Source: a virus (lineage: Duplodnaviria; Heunggongvirae; Uroviricota; Caudoviricetes). From it: a stretch of DNA of 64,000 bases. The position numbers and the translations under genes were made by a program. The notes beneath the pieces were generated by a model that was given only the letters and a program-made list of their open reading frames with translations, was not told where the DNA came from and searched no databases. The DNA lies in the IMG/VR virus record IMGVR_UViG_3300044970_001522, positions 22,278 through 86,277 of that record; one strand, written 5' to 3'. Shown piece by piece: positions 28,872 to 38,515 of this stretch. Position 1 is the first letter of the stretch, and every line of letters begins with the position of its first letter.

Positions 28872-29381
28872 ATGAGTACACTTCATCGGGCCAACGGGGA
28901 CTTGTTGTCAATGGCTCGCAAGGGTCAGTTTGACATAATTGTCCACGGCGCCAATTGTTTTAATAAGATGGCTTCAGGCATCGCGGGGCAAATTAGCCGT
29001 GAGCACCCTGAAGCAGCGAACGTTGACCTTTCCACTCGGGCAGGGGACCGGGGCAAACTCGGTCGTTTTACCATGGCACAGGTTCAAGGGAGCGGTAACC
29101 ATACTTTTCACATTGTCAACGCATATACTCAGTACTCTTACGGAAGGGGCAAAGACATTTTCGAGTATGACTTTTTCCGAGACTTTCTCAAAAGTTTTCA
29201 AACTTTTTTGAGGAGCGGCGCCATGGCTGCGCCACTAGACAGGAAGTTTGCGGTAGGACTCCCATACATCGGGTGCGGTCTCGCTGGCGGTAACGAAGAC
29301 ACGATAGTAAAAATGCTTGAAAGTTTCTCCCTGTCCTGCCACGATATTGCGGACGTCACTCTCGTACGGTACGTGCGATGA
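28872..29381 (+). CDS. macro domain protein (ADP-ribose binding/hydrolase)
   Basis: IVHGANCFNKMASGIAGQI ... VGLPYIGCGLAGGN macro-domain signatures. Confidence 0.55.
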   Translation: MSTLHRANGDLLSMARKGQFDIIVHGANCFNKMASGIAGQISREHPEAANVDLSTRAGDRGKLGRFTMAQVQGSGNHTFHIVNAYTQYSYGRGKDIFEYDFFRDFLKSFQTFLRSGAMAAPLDRKFAVGLPYIGCGLAGGNEDTIVKMLESFSLSCHDIADVTLVRYVR

Positions 29382-29578
29382 CCTCGCTGCAGTGGTTAAA
29401 CATAGCCTCGTGTGCTGCTCGTCGCCTTTCCGCTCTACGGCTTCGAGGGTCGTCCACCACCGAAGCCAAGGTCGGAGAAAAGGCTACCTTGGACATGGCT
29501 CTGTCTAAGGCGAACATGGCCATTATGGCTCGCTTAAGGGCACATTTTACGTCGAACAGCCCAAGCCAGAGGTAAAGG

Positions 29579-29623
29579 AGACGGTTTCCCCCCTTTTGCT
29601 TTTTGGGATAAACGGGCTATACT
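29579..29623 (+). promoter_or_regulatory. cassette promoter TTTGCT-N17-TATACT
   Basis: GACGGTTTCCCCCC. Confidence 0.5.
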
Positions 29624-29678
29624 AGCTTTAGGGAGTTCACCCTCTACAACGAACCCCTAGAAACCTTTCTCAAAGACA

Positions 29679-29999
29679 ATGAAAAACCTTCTCGAACCCT
29701 TGCGCAGGGTCAACTACGTGGTTGTTGGTAACAGAGCCGTGGACGCGGCACTGACTACGATTGCGTGGTCCGTTCTCCTTTTTGGCCTTGCGGGCAAGGC
29801 TGCCAAGGCTCTAAGACCCCACCTTGTCGTTGCCCTGAAGGCACTGCTTAATGCCCTGGAGGAGCCACCGTCACCGGTCCAACCCCTTGCTCTTGCAGAG
29901 TCTCCTGCGCCATCCCCGGTTGTCTCAGCACCTGCTGTCGCCAGAAAAAGGCCCACCCGTCGCGAGCCTGCACAACACAAAGGATTTCTACGTGGCTAA
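29679..29999 (+). CDS. Pro/Ala-rich membrane protein
   Basis: TM helix plus PSPVQPLALAESPAPSPVV low-complexity tail. Confidence 0.3.
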   Translation: MKNLLEPLRRVNYVVVGNRAVDAALTTIAWSVLLFGLAGKAAKALRPHLVVALKALLNALEEPPSPVQPLALAESPAPSPVVSAPAVARKRPTRREPAQHKGFLRG

Positions 30000-30044
30000 G
30001 GGCGGTTTCCCGCCCTTGCCTTTCAGACGGAAAAACGCTATAGT
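30000..30044 (+). promoter_or_regulatory. cassette promoter TTGCCT-N17-TATAGT, leaderless ATG at +7
   Basis: GGGCGGTTTCCCGCCC consensus copy. Confidence 0.6.
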
Positions 30045-30050
30045 AATATC

Positions 30051-30788
30051 ATGAATAACGTTACTTCCAATTTTGCCTTCATCGGCGACCTACACTCTCA
30101 GAGAAAGCCCCTGCTCAAAGCGCTCGATTATTGCCGAGGAGCAAATTGCACACCAATTTTCCTCGGCGACCTTTTTGACTCTCGCATGGAAACAAGCGAC
30201 AGCGCAGGTGTGTACAAAGCCGTTCGGCAAGCCGTGGAAGAAGGGGCGATTGTGCTTCGAAGCAACCATCAAAACAAGCTGGAGCGTTACGCTCGCGGGA
30301 ACAACGTGGTTCTTAAAGAGGGCTTTGAGCGTACCGTACAAGACTTCTCAGACGCAGGTATCCCTATTGAGGAAGTCTCTGCCTGGCTGGAAACTTTTCC
30401 CTACGGGGTTGCCTTGCGAGATTCCAGAGGGACAGAGTACCGTTGTGCTCACGCGATGTTTCCGAAGTGGGTTCTTGTTCCACCGTCTTACACTGGAGTG
30501 TACCGTGTGAACGAGGTGACGAGAAAAGCCAAGGACTACATGCTGTTTGGCCCTCGCCGCCCCGGCGCGGTGTACCCTCAAGATGAGACTCGCGTCTATT
30601 GGTGGGAAGAGGAATGCGATCGGACCTGGGTTCGTGTCGCAGGGCACTACCACCACGTTCACACGAGCGAAAAAAGCCTGGTTCTTGATGGGCAGATGGG
30701 TGGAAGTACTCAGAAAAGTTTTGACCCGACGCATGCTCGCCTCTGTGTCTGGAACCTAGAAGAACAAACACTCGTTCAATTTGCTTAG
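30051..30788 (+). CDS. calcineurin-like metallophosphoesterase (predicted leaderless)
   Basis: GDLH...GDLFDSR...SNHQ metallophosphatase motifs; ATG 7 nt after the -10. Confidence 0.55.
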   Translation: MNNVTSNFAFIGDLHSQRKPLLKALDYCRGANCTPIFLGDLFDSRMETSDSAGVYKAVRQAVEEGAIVLRSNHQNKLERYARGNNVVLKEGFERTVQDFSDAGIPIEEVSAWLETFPYGVALRDSRGTEYRCAHAMFPKWVLVPPSYTGVYRVNEVTRKAKDYMLFGPRRPGAVYPQDETRVYWWEEECDRTWVRVAGHYHHVHTSEKSLVLDGQMGGSTQKSFDPTHARLCVWNLEEQTLVQFA

Positions 30789-31017
30789 TATCCCAACCCT
30801 AAACTCATGAACTCCAACCCCTACGATATTGCCTTACACGGTAAGTTCTCCCTTAGCGACGCGATCCAGATTCGACTATGGGACCTTTCAGTGCAATGTC
30901 ATCTTCTCCTTGATCGCGGACAGTTTGACCTTGTAAGGCTCCTTCAAGCTGAGGGCGAAGCTCTCGCTCAGGCCTACGAAAACCAAGAAACCTTCCTTGT
31001 AACACACTTTAACCGAA

Positions 31018-31362
31018 ATGAAAGCTGACAGAGTAGTTCGAGGCGGCAAAGTCGCCGTGTTATATAGCCCAGGCTTTGGCGCTGGTTGGAGCACATGGAA
31101 CTCCAGTGATGGTGAGGGTACCGACGGTCTCGAAAACTTTCTGTTGTTCGACCCCACCCTGGTGCACATGGTTGAAGACGACCGCCGAGACTCTATTCCA
31201 GAGTACGTTGAGTCCGTTTACCCCGAGTCCTACTTTTACGGTGGTGGCGCGAGACAACTTTCAATTTACTGGGTACCTGAAGGGGTTATGTTTAAGGTTA
31301 CGGAATACGACGGGTCTGAGTCCATCGAGTTTCGTGACGCTGAAGACTGGAAAATTGCTTAG
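31018..31362 (+). CDS. hypothetical protein
   Basis: ORF. Confidence 0.3.
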   Translation: MKADRVVRGGKVAVLYSPGFGAGWSTWNSSDGEGTDGLENFLLFDPTLVHMVEDDRRDSIPEYVESVYPESYFYGGGARQLSIYWVPEGVMFKVTEYDGSESIEFRDAEDWKIA

Positions 31363-31615
31363 TTGCCGTGCGACACAATTACAAAAGTTCTCCACCCTGT
31401 AACCCCACATGCTAATACGAGTTCTTGGTGTCGCTGCTGGAGTGTCTTTACTCCTGTTCATTCTCTTTTTGAGGGGGCTTCCAGTGGTGTTTTTCCTCAA
31501 AATTGTACCGCTAGCACTCCTCCTTTTTGTTGCATGTGCGTTTATTTACGCCGGTGTAACTAAAGACTAGCCCAGCCTTAATTCCAAACCACTCACATTC
31601 AAAATCACATTCAAA

Positions 31616-32434
31616 ATGTCACTCGCAAAAATTGGTATCGGCGTTGGTGCCGGTGCTCTCCTTCTCGCCCTCACAGCTGGTCAGTTCACTACGATCAACA
31701 CCGGTGAAAACGGGCTCTATGTCGGTTTCGACGGCCAAGTGAAAAACGAGGTTCTGACACCAGGCATTAAGTACGACGGGTTCGGATCCATTAAGGTGTT
31801 CAACACCCGAAAGATCACGGTAACTGCAAACGACCTTCGCCCGAAGACCAAGGACAACACCATCATGAAAGAGATGGATGTTACTGTAACATACAGCATC
31901 AACCCTAACTCCCTTTACGAGTTCTTCACCAACTACGATCTGACTAATCACGGGATTGCCGAAAATGGTCAGCTTCAACTAATGTCCAGCTACATTTCCA
32001 GGCTGATTACATCCGCCGTAAATCAATCTGTCGATGAGTTCCCCGCACTAGCCGTAAACAGCAGCCTGGAACAGATTCAAGACACAATCAAAACCAACCT
32101 GTCCGAAGCTCTCCGAAAGAACGGCCTTGATGGTAAAATAACCGTCGACTCCATCATCGTAGGCAAAGCTGACTTACCAGACGAATTGGTGGCGTCGGTG
32201 AATCGTGTAGTTGCCGCCCAATCTGGTCTAAAAGAGCAGCAAGTTAAGACTGAAACGGCTCAACTTAAGGCCGAGGAAAACAAGGCACTGGCGTCCACAG
32301 TGACTTCGCAGTCTCTTGAGTACCAACGTCTTGAGGTTCTCCGTGAAGCCATGAAAAACGGCAGTATTCAGAAGATTCTGATTAACGGTGCCAACGTGCT
32401 CTCCCTATCCGAGGGTGTTTTTAACACGAAGTGA
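31616..32434 (+). CDS. SPFH/band-7 (prohibitin-like) membrane protein
   Basis: N-terminal TM segment then band-7-like core; A/Q-rich coiled C-terminus. Confidence 0.45.
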   Translation: MSLAKIGIGVGAGALLLALTAGQFTTINTGENGLYVGFDGQVKNEVLTPGIKYDGFGSIKVFNTRKITVTANDLRPKTKDNTIMKEMDVTVTYSINPNSLYEFFTNYDLTNHGIAENGQLQLMSSYISRLITSAVNQSVDEFPALAVNSSLEQIQDTIKTNLSEALRKNGLDGKITVDSIIVGKADLPDELVASVNRVVAAQSGLKEQQVKTETAQLKAEENKALASTVTSQSLEYQRLEVLREAMKNGSIQKILINGANVLSLSEGVFNTK

Positions 32435-32451
32435 GTGTGGTCCGGGGGTAA

Positions 32452-32497
32452 GGGCGGGAAGCCGCCCCTTGCTTCCCCGTAGCAAACACGCTAGTAT
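32452..32497 (+). promoter_or_regulatory. cassette promoter TTGCTT-N17-TAGTAT
   Basis: GGGCGGGAAGCCGCCCC palindrome. Confidence 0.5.
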
Positions 32498-32553
32498 ACC
32501 CTTACAAAACCATCGCACTGGCACCATAACCCAAAGAAAACCGCAAAGAAAAC

Positions 32554-32943
32554 ATGGGAATGTATACAGAGATTTACGTCAACGTTGACCTTAAAGCATC
32601 GACACCCGACGACGTCATTACCGTTCTCAAGGCAATGTGCGGAAAGCTCGACGAAGACTCGGAAAGAGAGGCCCTGAAGGACCTTCCAGACCGATGGGGT
32701 TGCCTTTTCAGTGACTGCAGCTACTACACTCCTCGTACACACTGCAAATTCCTGGAACGAGACACGATCTCAAAGCAGTGGGCACTCCTAGGAAAAGGCG
32801 ACATTAAGAACTACCGGGGAGAAATTCAGGAGTTCTTTGAATGGATTTCACCGTGGGTAGACGGCTTTGAGGGTGACTTTATTGGCTACTCACGGTACGA
32901 GGAAAACCAACAACCGCAACTATACTTCTTGACAAAACAATGA
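32554..32943 (+). CDS. hypothetical protein
   Basis: after promoter 32452-32497. Confidence 0.3.
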   Translation: MGMYTEIYVNVDLKASTPDDVITVLKAMCGKLDEDSEREALKDLPDRWGCLFSDCSYYTPRTHCKFLERDTISKQWALLGKGDIKNYRGEIQEFFEWISPWVDGFEGDFIGYSRYEENQQPQLYFLTKQ

Positions 32944-33198
32944 ACTTCGACAACTTTGGCCAGATTTGGAACGAGTCCCGTGGCCGATTCACAAAGCCCG
33001 GACGCGACGCCATTCACGAAACGAAAATTGAGGAATGGGTAGATAGGGGCATTGACCTTGCCTTTGACCCTTCCTTCTGGGAAGGTATGGCTCGTGGAGC
33101 TATTGAACGTCTTCAAGAAGAGATCGCAGGTACGGACAACCTGCGCTGATTGCACCGCCGTCCGACCCAAACTCCTGATCAACCAACCTCGCAAAACC

Positions 33199-33702
33199 AT
33201 GGGACTTGACTCCTACCTTTACGCTGAGAAATACCTTGGCAACTACGACCATTCGTCCGACGAAGAAAAAGAAACGTATAACAAGATTGTAACAGCTTTG
33301 GGTATGACCGACTTTGCAGCCGTTAGGCGCAACAGTCTTTACACGCGAGTCGAAGTTGCTTACTGGCGTAAAGCCAACCACATTCACAAGTTTTTTGTGG
33401 ATCTATCTGAGGGAGAAGACAACTGCGAAGACATTGATGTTGGCCGAGACGACTTGGTAGAACTTCTCTCTCGGTGCAAAAAACTCCTCGAAAGTAGGGA
33501 CACCCCTGCGGAAACAAACACAGTAAACCCTGCGGAGATCCTACCCACCGAAGGGGGATTCTTCTTCGGCTCGACAGACTACGGTGAGAATTACTACGCC
33601 GACCTTGAACACACAGTCAAAGTCCTGGAGAAAGTCCTCAACCACCCTGCGATTCCTGAAGGGGACTACAGTTGGAGATTCGTGTACCGGGCCTCCTGGT
33701 AG
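33199..33702 (+). CDS. hypothetical protein
   Basis: aaccATGg. Confidence 0.3.
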   Translation: MGLDSYLYAEKYLGNYDHSSDEEKETYNKIVTALGMTDFAAVRRNSLYTRVEVAYWRKANHIHKFFVDLSEGEDNCEDIDVGRDDLVELLSRCKKLLESRDTPAETNTVNPAEILPTEGGFFFGSTDYGENYYADLEHTVKVLEKVLNHPAIPEGDYSWRFVYRASW

Positions 33703-33861
33703 TTCCCAGGATTTACTGCGTTAGGTTTTAACTATGCTTGGGTGTCGATGGCTCAGCAACCTTTGAGGATTTCCTCCACCATTTGACCATCGAGTCCTTA
33801 CCCATAGCGCAAAGTTGATACAGCTTTAATTTGTATCCAAACAAACAATCAACTTGAGAAA

Positions 33862-35346
33862 ATGACAACGCCATCCTTTTTAAACGCACTCGAAAACGAG
33901 TTTAACCAAACCATCACCGCTAACGGTGCAAAGGCATACAAGTCCACCGAGTCTAAGTGCCTGGACCTCTTTGGAAAGATTGCAGCTTGCCGTGACAACA
34001 TCAGCGAAGCAACTCGCCTATTCAATCTTGCTTATGCCGAAAACCCTGAGACCGCAACTCGAATCTTGTTTTGGGCACGCGACATTCGTGGGGGCCAGGG
34101 AGAGCGAAAGATCTTTCGAGAAGTTTTTAAGGAACTCGTCCGCAATGATGCTGCAATTGGTGCCAGGCTAGTTAGCCTGATTCCACAGTACGGTCGCTGG
34201 GATGATGTGGTAGCCCTCGACGGTACCTTAGTTTGGGGCATCGCACTCGAAGCAATTAAGGCACAACTGAACGCCGACCTAAATACGGAAGTTGGAAAGT
34301 CAGTGTCACTTCTGGCAAAGTGGCTGCCTTCCATTAACGCTTCCAGCCAGGACTCTAAGAGGATTGGCCGAAAAATTGCCGAAGCAATGGGTTGGACCGA
34401 GAGACAGTACCGCAAGGCACTGACTGCCCTCAGGACCCAAGTCAAAATTGTTGAGCAGCCAATGTGTGCCCGTGAGTGGGAAAGCATTGACTATAGCAAG
34501 TTGCCTTCTCGGGCCGGATTCATGTATCGTAAAGCCTTTGCAAAGCGCGACGGCAACCGTTACCAATCCTACCTTGACTCAGTAGAAAAAGGTGAGGCAA
34601 AAATCAATGCCGGTACGATCTACCCGTATGAGATTGTTCACAAGTACCTTTACGGGGGCGATAGGAGTGACCAAACCCTGAACCTAATGTGGGAGGCTCT
34701 ACCCAACTACATGGAGGGAGAGCAGCTAAACGGCCTGGTAATTGCCGACGTCTCAGGATCAATGGGAAATAACGGCGGCATGCCCATGGCGGTTTCAATC
34801 TCGCTGGCGATGTACATCGCTGAGCGTAACACCGGGGCATGGAAGGATAAGTTCCTAACCTTCTCCGGAAGTCCGCAGTTGCAGTCGGTTACAGGGAGAA
34901 ACGTTGCTGAGCGTGTTCGTAACCTTAGTCAGGCCGACTGGGGTGTGAATACAGACCTGCAAGCAGTCTTCAATCTTGTGTTGGCTACCGCAACGAGGAA
35001 CCATATTCCTGAGGGGGAAATGCCGCGCAAGCTCATCATTGTCTCAGACATGCAGTTTGATTCCTGCTGCAGAAACAACTCAGTGACAAACTTTGAGGCG
35101 GTGCGAATCAAGTATGCTCAAGCAGGGTATTCCTTGCCGGAACTTGTCTTCTGGAATGTTAGCTCTAGCGGCAACGTACCTGTGAAAATGCATGATACGG
35201 GGACTTGCCTGGTCTCCGGATGCAGCCCTTCAATCCTGAAAGCTGTGCTTACTGGCGGGGTAATTACGCCTGTAGGGGTTATGCGTGACGCTGTTTACAC
35301 TGAAAGGTACGACGCTGTCGGTGCCGTATTTGCTGAAGGAGCATGA
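33862..35346 (+). CDS. vWA-domain protein with N-terminal helical domain (possible Ro60/TROVE-like or DUF2828-like)
   Basis: MIDAS motif VIADVSGSMGNNGG (DxSxS) at about 60% of the length, preceded by ~290 aa of predicted helical sequence, which is Ro60-like domain order. Confidence 0.45.
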   Translation: MTTPSFLNALENEFNQTITANGAKAYKSTESKCLDLFGKIAACRDNISEATRLFNLAYAENPETATRILFWARDIRGGQGERKIFREVFKELVRNDAAIGARLVSLIPQYGRWDDVVALDGTLVWGIALEAIKAQLNADLNTEVGKSVSLLAKWLPSINASSQDSKRIGRKIAEAMGWTERQYRKALTALRTQVKIVEQPMCAREWESIDYSKLPSRAGFMYRKAFAKRDGNRYQSYLDSVEKGEAKINAGTIYPYEIVHKYLYGGDRSDQTLNLMWEALPNYMEGEQLNGLVIADVSGSMGNNGGMPMAVSISLAMYIAERNTGAWKDKFLTFSGSPQLQSVTGRNVAERVRNLSQADWGVNTDLQAVFNLVLATATRNHIPEGEMPRKLIIVSDMQFDSCCRNNSVTNFEAVRIKYAQAGYSLPELVFWNVSSSGNVPVKMHDTGTCLVSGCSPSILKAVLTGGVITPVGVMRDAVYTERYDAVGAVFAEGA

Positions 35347-35528
35347 TCTGGATCAAATTGCCGGGTGCCCTCTGCATCGTTCTGCAAACCGTTTTCATAA
35401 CTTTGAAGGTAGAGGGTCAGGTTTCCTGGCCCTGGCTCACAGTGCTTTCACCAACCCTTGTGCCAATCTTTCTACTTGGGTTGGGAGCCCTTTGGATGAT
35501 TCTTCAACTACTTTCGCATGAGAAATAA
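35343..35528 (+). CDS. small membrane protein, WPWL-motif paralog 1
   Basis: LKVEGQVSWPWLTVLSPTLVPIFLLGL. Confidence 0.4.
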   Translation: MIWIKLPGALCIVLQTVFITLKVEGQVSWPWLTVLSPTLVPIFLLGLGALWMILQLLSHEK

Positions 35529-35531
35529 CTA

Positions 35532-35720
35532 ATGTTTGAGAATCTCGCAGTTTCGTTAATGACAGCCCAGGGTCTCCTCCTCGGGTTGAAATTAACGGGG
35601 CAAATAACCTGGCCATGGCTCTCAGTGTTTAGCCCAATCGTAATCTTAGGCTCTGTGTCCATTTTGTCACTCATTCTGCTTCTGCTACTGTCGAATTTGT
35701 ATGCAAGGTCAACCAAGTGA
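35532..35720 (+). CDS. small membrane protein, WPWL-motif paralog 2
   Basis: LKLTGQITWPWLSVFSPIVILG. Confidence 0.4.
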   Translation: MFENLAVSLMTAQGLLLGLKLTGQITWPWLSVFSPIVILGSVSILSLILLLLLSNLYARSTK

Positions 35721-35963
35721 ATCGCATAGCGAGTGGGCTCCCTTTTCCTCTTCTTTGCGGGAGGAGTACGACAGTCTTGTAGAAAACTTACGAAGTCGTG
35801 GCCTAGACAATGTTATTTCTTGGGAGAACTTTCTAAGAGACTTCACACCCTTAGTTGGACACGAAATACCAACCGAGTACCGCCATTACGACGTAAGAGT
35901 GTCGGAAGATGGTGAAGTTATCGAGTTGTACAAGGGGACTCGACGAGTAACAAATTTGAGCCA

Positions 35964-36029
35964 GGGCGGTTAACCGCCCCTAGCGGTTCGGTTTTCACCC
36001 TTTCCTTCGCTCAGTAAAACCGCTATAGT
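35964..36029 (+). promoter_or_regulatory. cassette promoter TTTCCT-N17-TATAGT, ATG at +7
   Basis: GGGCGGTTAACCGCCC perfect palindrome upstream. Confidence 0.5.
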
Positions 36030-36073
36030 TCACGTATGGAAAACACCCCCCAGAACACAGCATCTTCTCGGGG

Positions 36074-36478
36074 ATGCCTCCTTTCTCCGTTAGCCCTAAA
36101 GCAATGTGGAAGTTTAACAAACCCCTGAGTCAATTGCGCTCTTTTCGTGACAGTTTACTGAGGGACGACCAACACACCTACGCCGCAAGGCTTGGAGAAA
36201 TTGTGGAGTCCCTCGAAGAGTGGTATGGAGGTGCCATGGAGTCGAACGAAGAAGCAGGGGGAGCAGGTGGCTTTGATGAGCTAAGCAGAGTGTACAGAGA
36301 GGCAAACTCAATCTACGAGTCTAAGCTCTCCGATGAAGCCAAGTATGACCTTATTTTCTCCAAGAAGATATCGCAAAAAGTCCCCTTCTCGTGGTACGAC
36401 CCTGACACATCTTACGAGGAGGACGTAAGGTGCTTTATGAACGCCTTTCGAGAGTATATGGGTGGTGCCCCGCGATAG
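36074..36478 (+). CDS. hypothetical protein (start uncertain: 36074 or 36104)
   Basis: a 30-codon leaderless ORF at 36036 in another frame precedes it. Confidence 0.3.
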   Translation: MPPFSVSPKAMWKFNKPLSQLRSFRDSLLRDDQHTYAARLGEIVESLEEWYGGAMESNEEAGGAGGFDELSRVYREANSIYESKLSDEAKYDLIFSKKISQKVPFSWYDPDTSYEEDVRCFMNAFREYMGGAPR

Positions 36479-37199
36479 GCCCCGAGTGAGGGTCTCTGCT
36501 TGAGTCCGTTTACCCTTAGCACTCTCAACCTATGATACGGATGTGGAGCTCAAGGTTCCACTCCTTGCCCCCCTTAACCTACACCCAGCAAAGCGGTGCG
36601 AAAAACCGAAGAGTAGCCAAGTGGTTAGGCAGCGGTAATGCAAAAAGATTACCTAGCTTAGGTAATTCAGCAACTACCCAATACGCAAAAGGAACCGCCA
36701 TACGCAAGTTCGAATCTTGCCTCTTCGACTTTGCCTTCGGCAAACATAGATAGTTCAGCGATTTACCCCAACTCTCTTGGGAAAAACAACTATCTAGCTA
36801 AACCCAAACTTTATCTCCATAATGATAGTAAAAGACCTTTATTCTCGATCCAAGTAATTTGCCAAGCAAACTTAGATAGAACAAAAAGATATGACACCCA
36901 CTGAAGCAGGTTTTGACGGTGACAAGGGGATACGGTTAGACGTGCCGAGTAAAGGGATAGGGCATGACTTATTGTATCGACTGAAGCGAGGTAAGACCCT
37001 ACCCAAAAACTCCCAAAACAAATCGTTAAAGAACATGCTGATCTGGCTTTACCCCGACGACAGCGACTCTAAGCTCTTGTTTTGTAACTCTGACGGGGAG
37101 TGGTTTAATTTAACCTTTGAACCCACTAACATTGGAGAGTAGCTCAAGGGCTAAGAAAAAACTTTCAATATCGCTCCAGGTAGTTTTCGGATCAAATAC

Positions 37200-37311
37200 G
37201 GGACCGTAGCTCAACTGGTAGAGCACGAAAAGTTATCTTGACAAAGATACATCAGCAATTAAATTACCTCTTTTAAAGGCGCGGTTGCAGGTTCGAGTCC
37301 TGCCGGTCCCA
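37200..37311 (+). ncRNA. tRNA-like RNA with ~40-nt irregular hairpin replacing the anticodon arm
   Basis: perfect 7-bp acceptor stem (GGGACCG/CGGTCCC), canonical D arm (TAGCTCAACTGGTAGAGCA), T arm (GCAGG-TTCGAGT-CCTGC) and discriminator A; 61 nt lie between the D and T arms instead of the usual ~22. Confidence 0.5.
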
Positions 37312-37325
37312 TTCCCATTTTTGTT

Positions 37326-37868
37326 ATGACTAACAGCAAGACCTTCTTTCTCCTAACTCAAAACCACCTGAAACTGCTGAGAAGAATGCACGTTGGGTGG
37401 AGCAACTGTGAATTCGGTGCTCCGGAAATAGACCCGAAAAGACCGTATGGCAACAGTTGGGTTATCGGGGACATACACGAAATTCTGACTGGAGAAGACC
37501 TAGAAGAATTGACCGAGTCACAGGAAGAGGAGTACAGGCAACTTCACGAACAAACTCAAACAGCCCTCCAAATCATTCTCTCTACAGGGAAGTTTGAGGA
37601 AGGTTTGTACATGCTTACTGAACCGTATTCTTCTACATGGGTGCGGAAAGCCATGATCAATTCCATGGCCTACAAAGACTACACAGCCAGTATGGTCTTC
37701 GATACTGAAGACAAGATTATTGTTGGTCGTGTCATAGACATCGACGACATTATCTCGTTTCACGGCGAAACGATACCCGAGTTTGAGTCCAACTTTCATG
37801 CAGCCATCGAAGACTATTTAGCCGCATCCCAGGTACTTGGTTCTTCGCCGGAAAAGCCCGCAAGTTAA
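37326..37868 (+). CDS. hypothetical acidic protein
   Basis: 180-aa ORF between the tRNA-like gene and a tRNA 3'-half-like remnant. Confidence 0.35.
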   Translation: MTNSKTFFLLTQNHLKLLRRMHVGWSNCEFGAPEIDPKRPYGNSWVIGDIHEILTGEDLEELTESQEEEYRQLHEQTQTALQIILSTGKFEEGLYMLTEPYSSTWVRKAMINSMAYKDYTASMVFDTEDKIIVGRVIDIDDIISFHGETIPEFESNFHAAIEDYLAASQVLGSSPEKPAS

Positions 37869-37870
37869 GG

Positions 37871-37920
37871 TACTTCGGGTGTCTAAGGCTCGGTTTCAGG
37901 TTCGAGTCCCACCGCTTCCA
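37871..37920 (+). ncRNA. tRNA 3'-half-like remnant (T-loop GGTTCGAGTCC + acceptor-like end)
   Basis: GGCTCGGTTTCAGGTTCGAGTCCCACCGCTTCCA resembles the 3' half of the 37200 element, but no matching 5' half forms a full cloverleaf. Confidence 0.25.
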
Positions 37921-38157
37921 CTTTCACACGAACAATGAACAGAGTTTCAATTGCGATCTTGGCGCTTTGCACCGCTTTATCTGGCAACGAGGCATTGTGC
38001 AAGACCCAAGTAGTGATTACAGGTAGGAACGCAGAAGAAGTACAAAGAAATGCGTTCAAAACCAAAATGAGCTACCCGCTCAGGCCGCTAAAGTGTAGTC
38101 AACGGTGCTCTCAATTGTGGGAAAGAGACTGAGGGTCGGGTCTTAGCTCCAGAGGAA

Positions 38158-38201
38158 GGGCGGTTTACCCCCTTGCCTGTCTGAAAGAAAGGCGGTATGA
38201 T
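38158..38201 (+). promoter_or_regulatory. cassette promoter TTGCCT-N17-TATGAT
   Basis: GGGCGGTTTACCCCC. Confidence 0.55.
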
Positions 38202-38224
38202 TATAGCGTAGCCGAGCAAGTCCA

Positions 38225-38503
38225 ATGGAGCAGCCCACAAATCTCTCCCCCAAAGCACAAGCAATTCGTGCTCAAGCCATCAATGTGTATCGGAGCAGAG
38301 CTACAACCGAAATTGACCTGATTGTAGCAGCCGCTCTTCGCGCTGCTGCTGACTCGATTGTTCCCGAGGACTACGCGTCTTTCACCGGGCACGTTGAGTG
38401 GGACAACGGTCTAGAAGCAAGGAACGACTCCGTCCGTGAGTCCCTCCTTGATATTGCCTCTGAGCTGGAGATTAGATTCACTAACTCGATCCAAGAGCGG
38501 TAA
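38225..38503 (+). CDS. hypothetical protein
   Basis: after promoter 38158-38201. Confidence 0.3.
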   Translation: MEQPTNLSPKAQAIRAQAINVYRSRATTEIDLIVAAALRAAADSIVPEDYASFTGHVEWDNGLEARNDSVRESLLDIASELEIRFTNSIQER

Positions 38504-38515
38504 ACCGTTTTCCTA

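Noticed and set aside
37871-37920. Second tRNA gene after ORF 37326-37868
   Set aside because: Only a 3'-half-like sequence (T-loop + acceptor-like end) is present. No 5' acceptor partner or D arm could be found upstream, so it is reported only as a low-confidence remnant.
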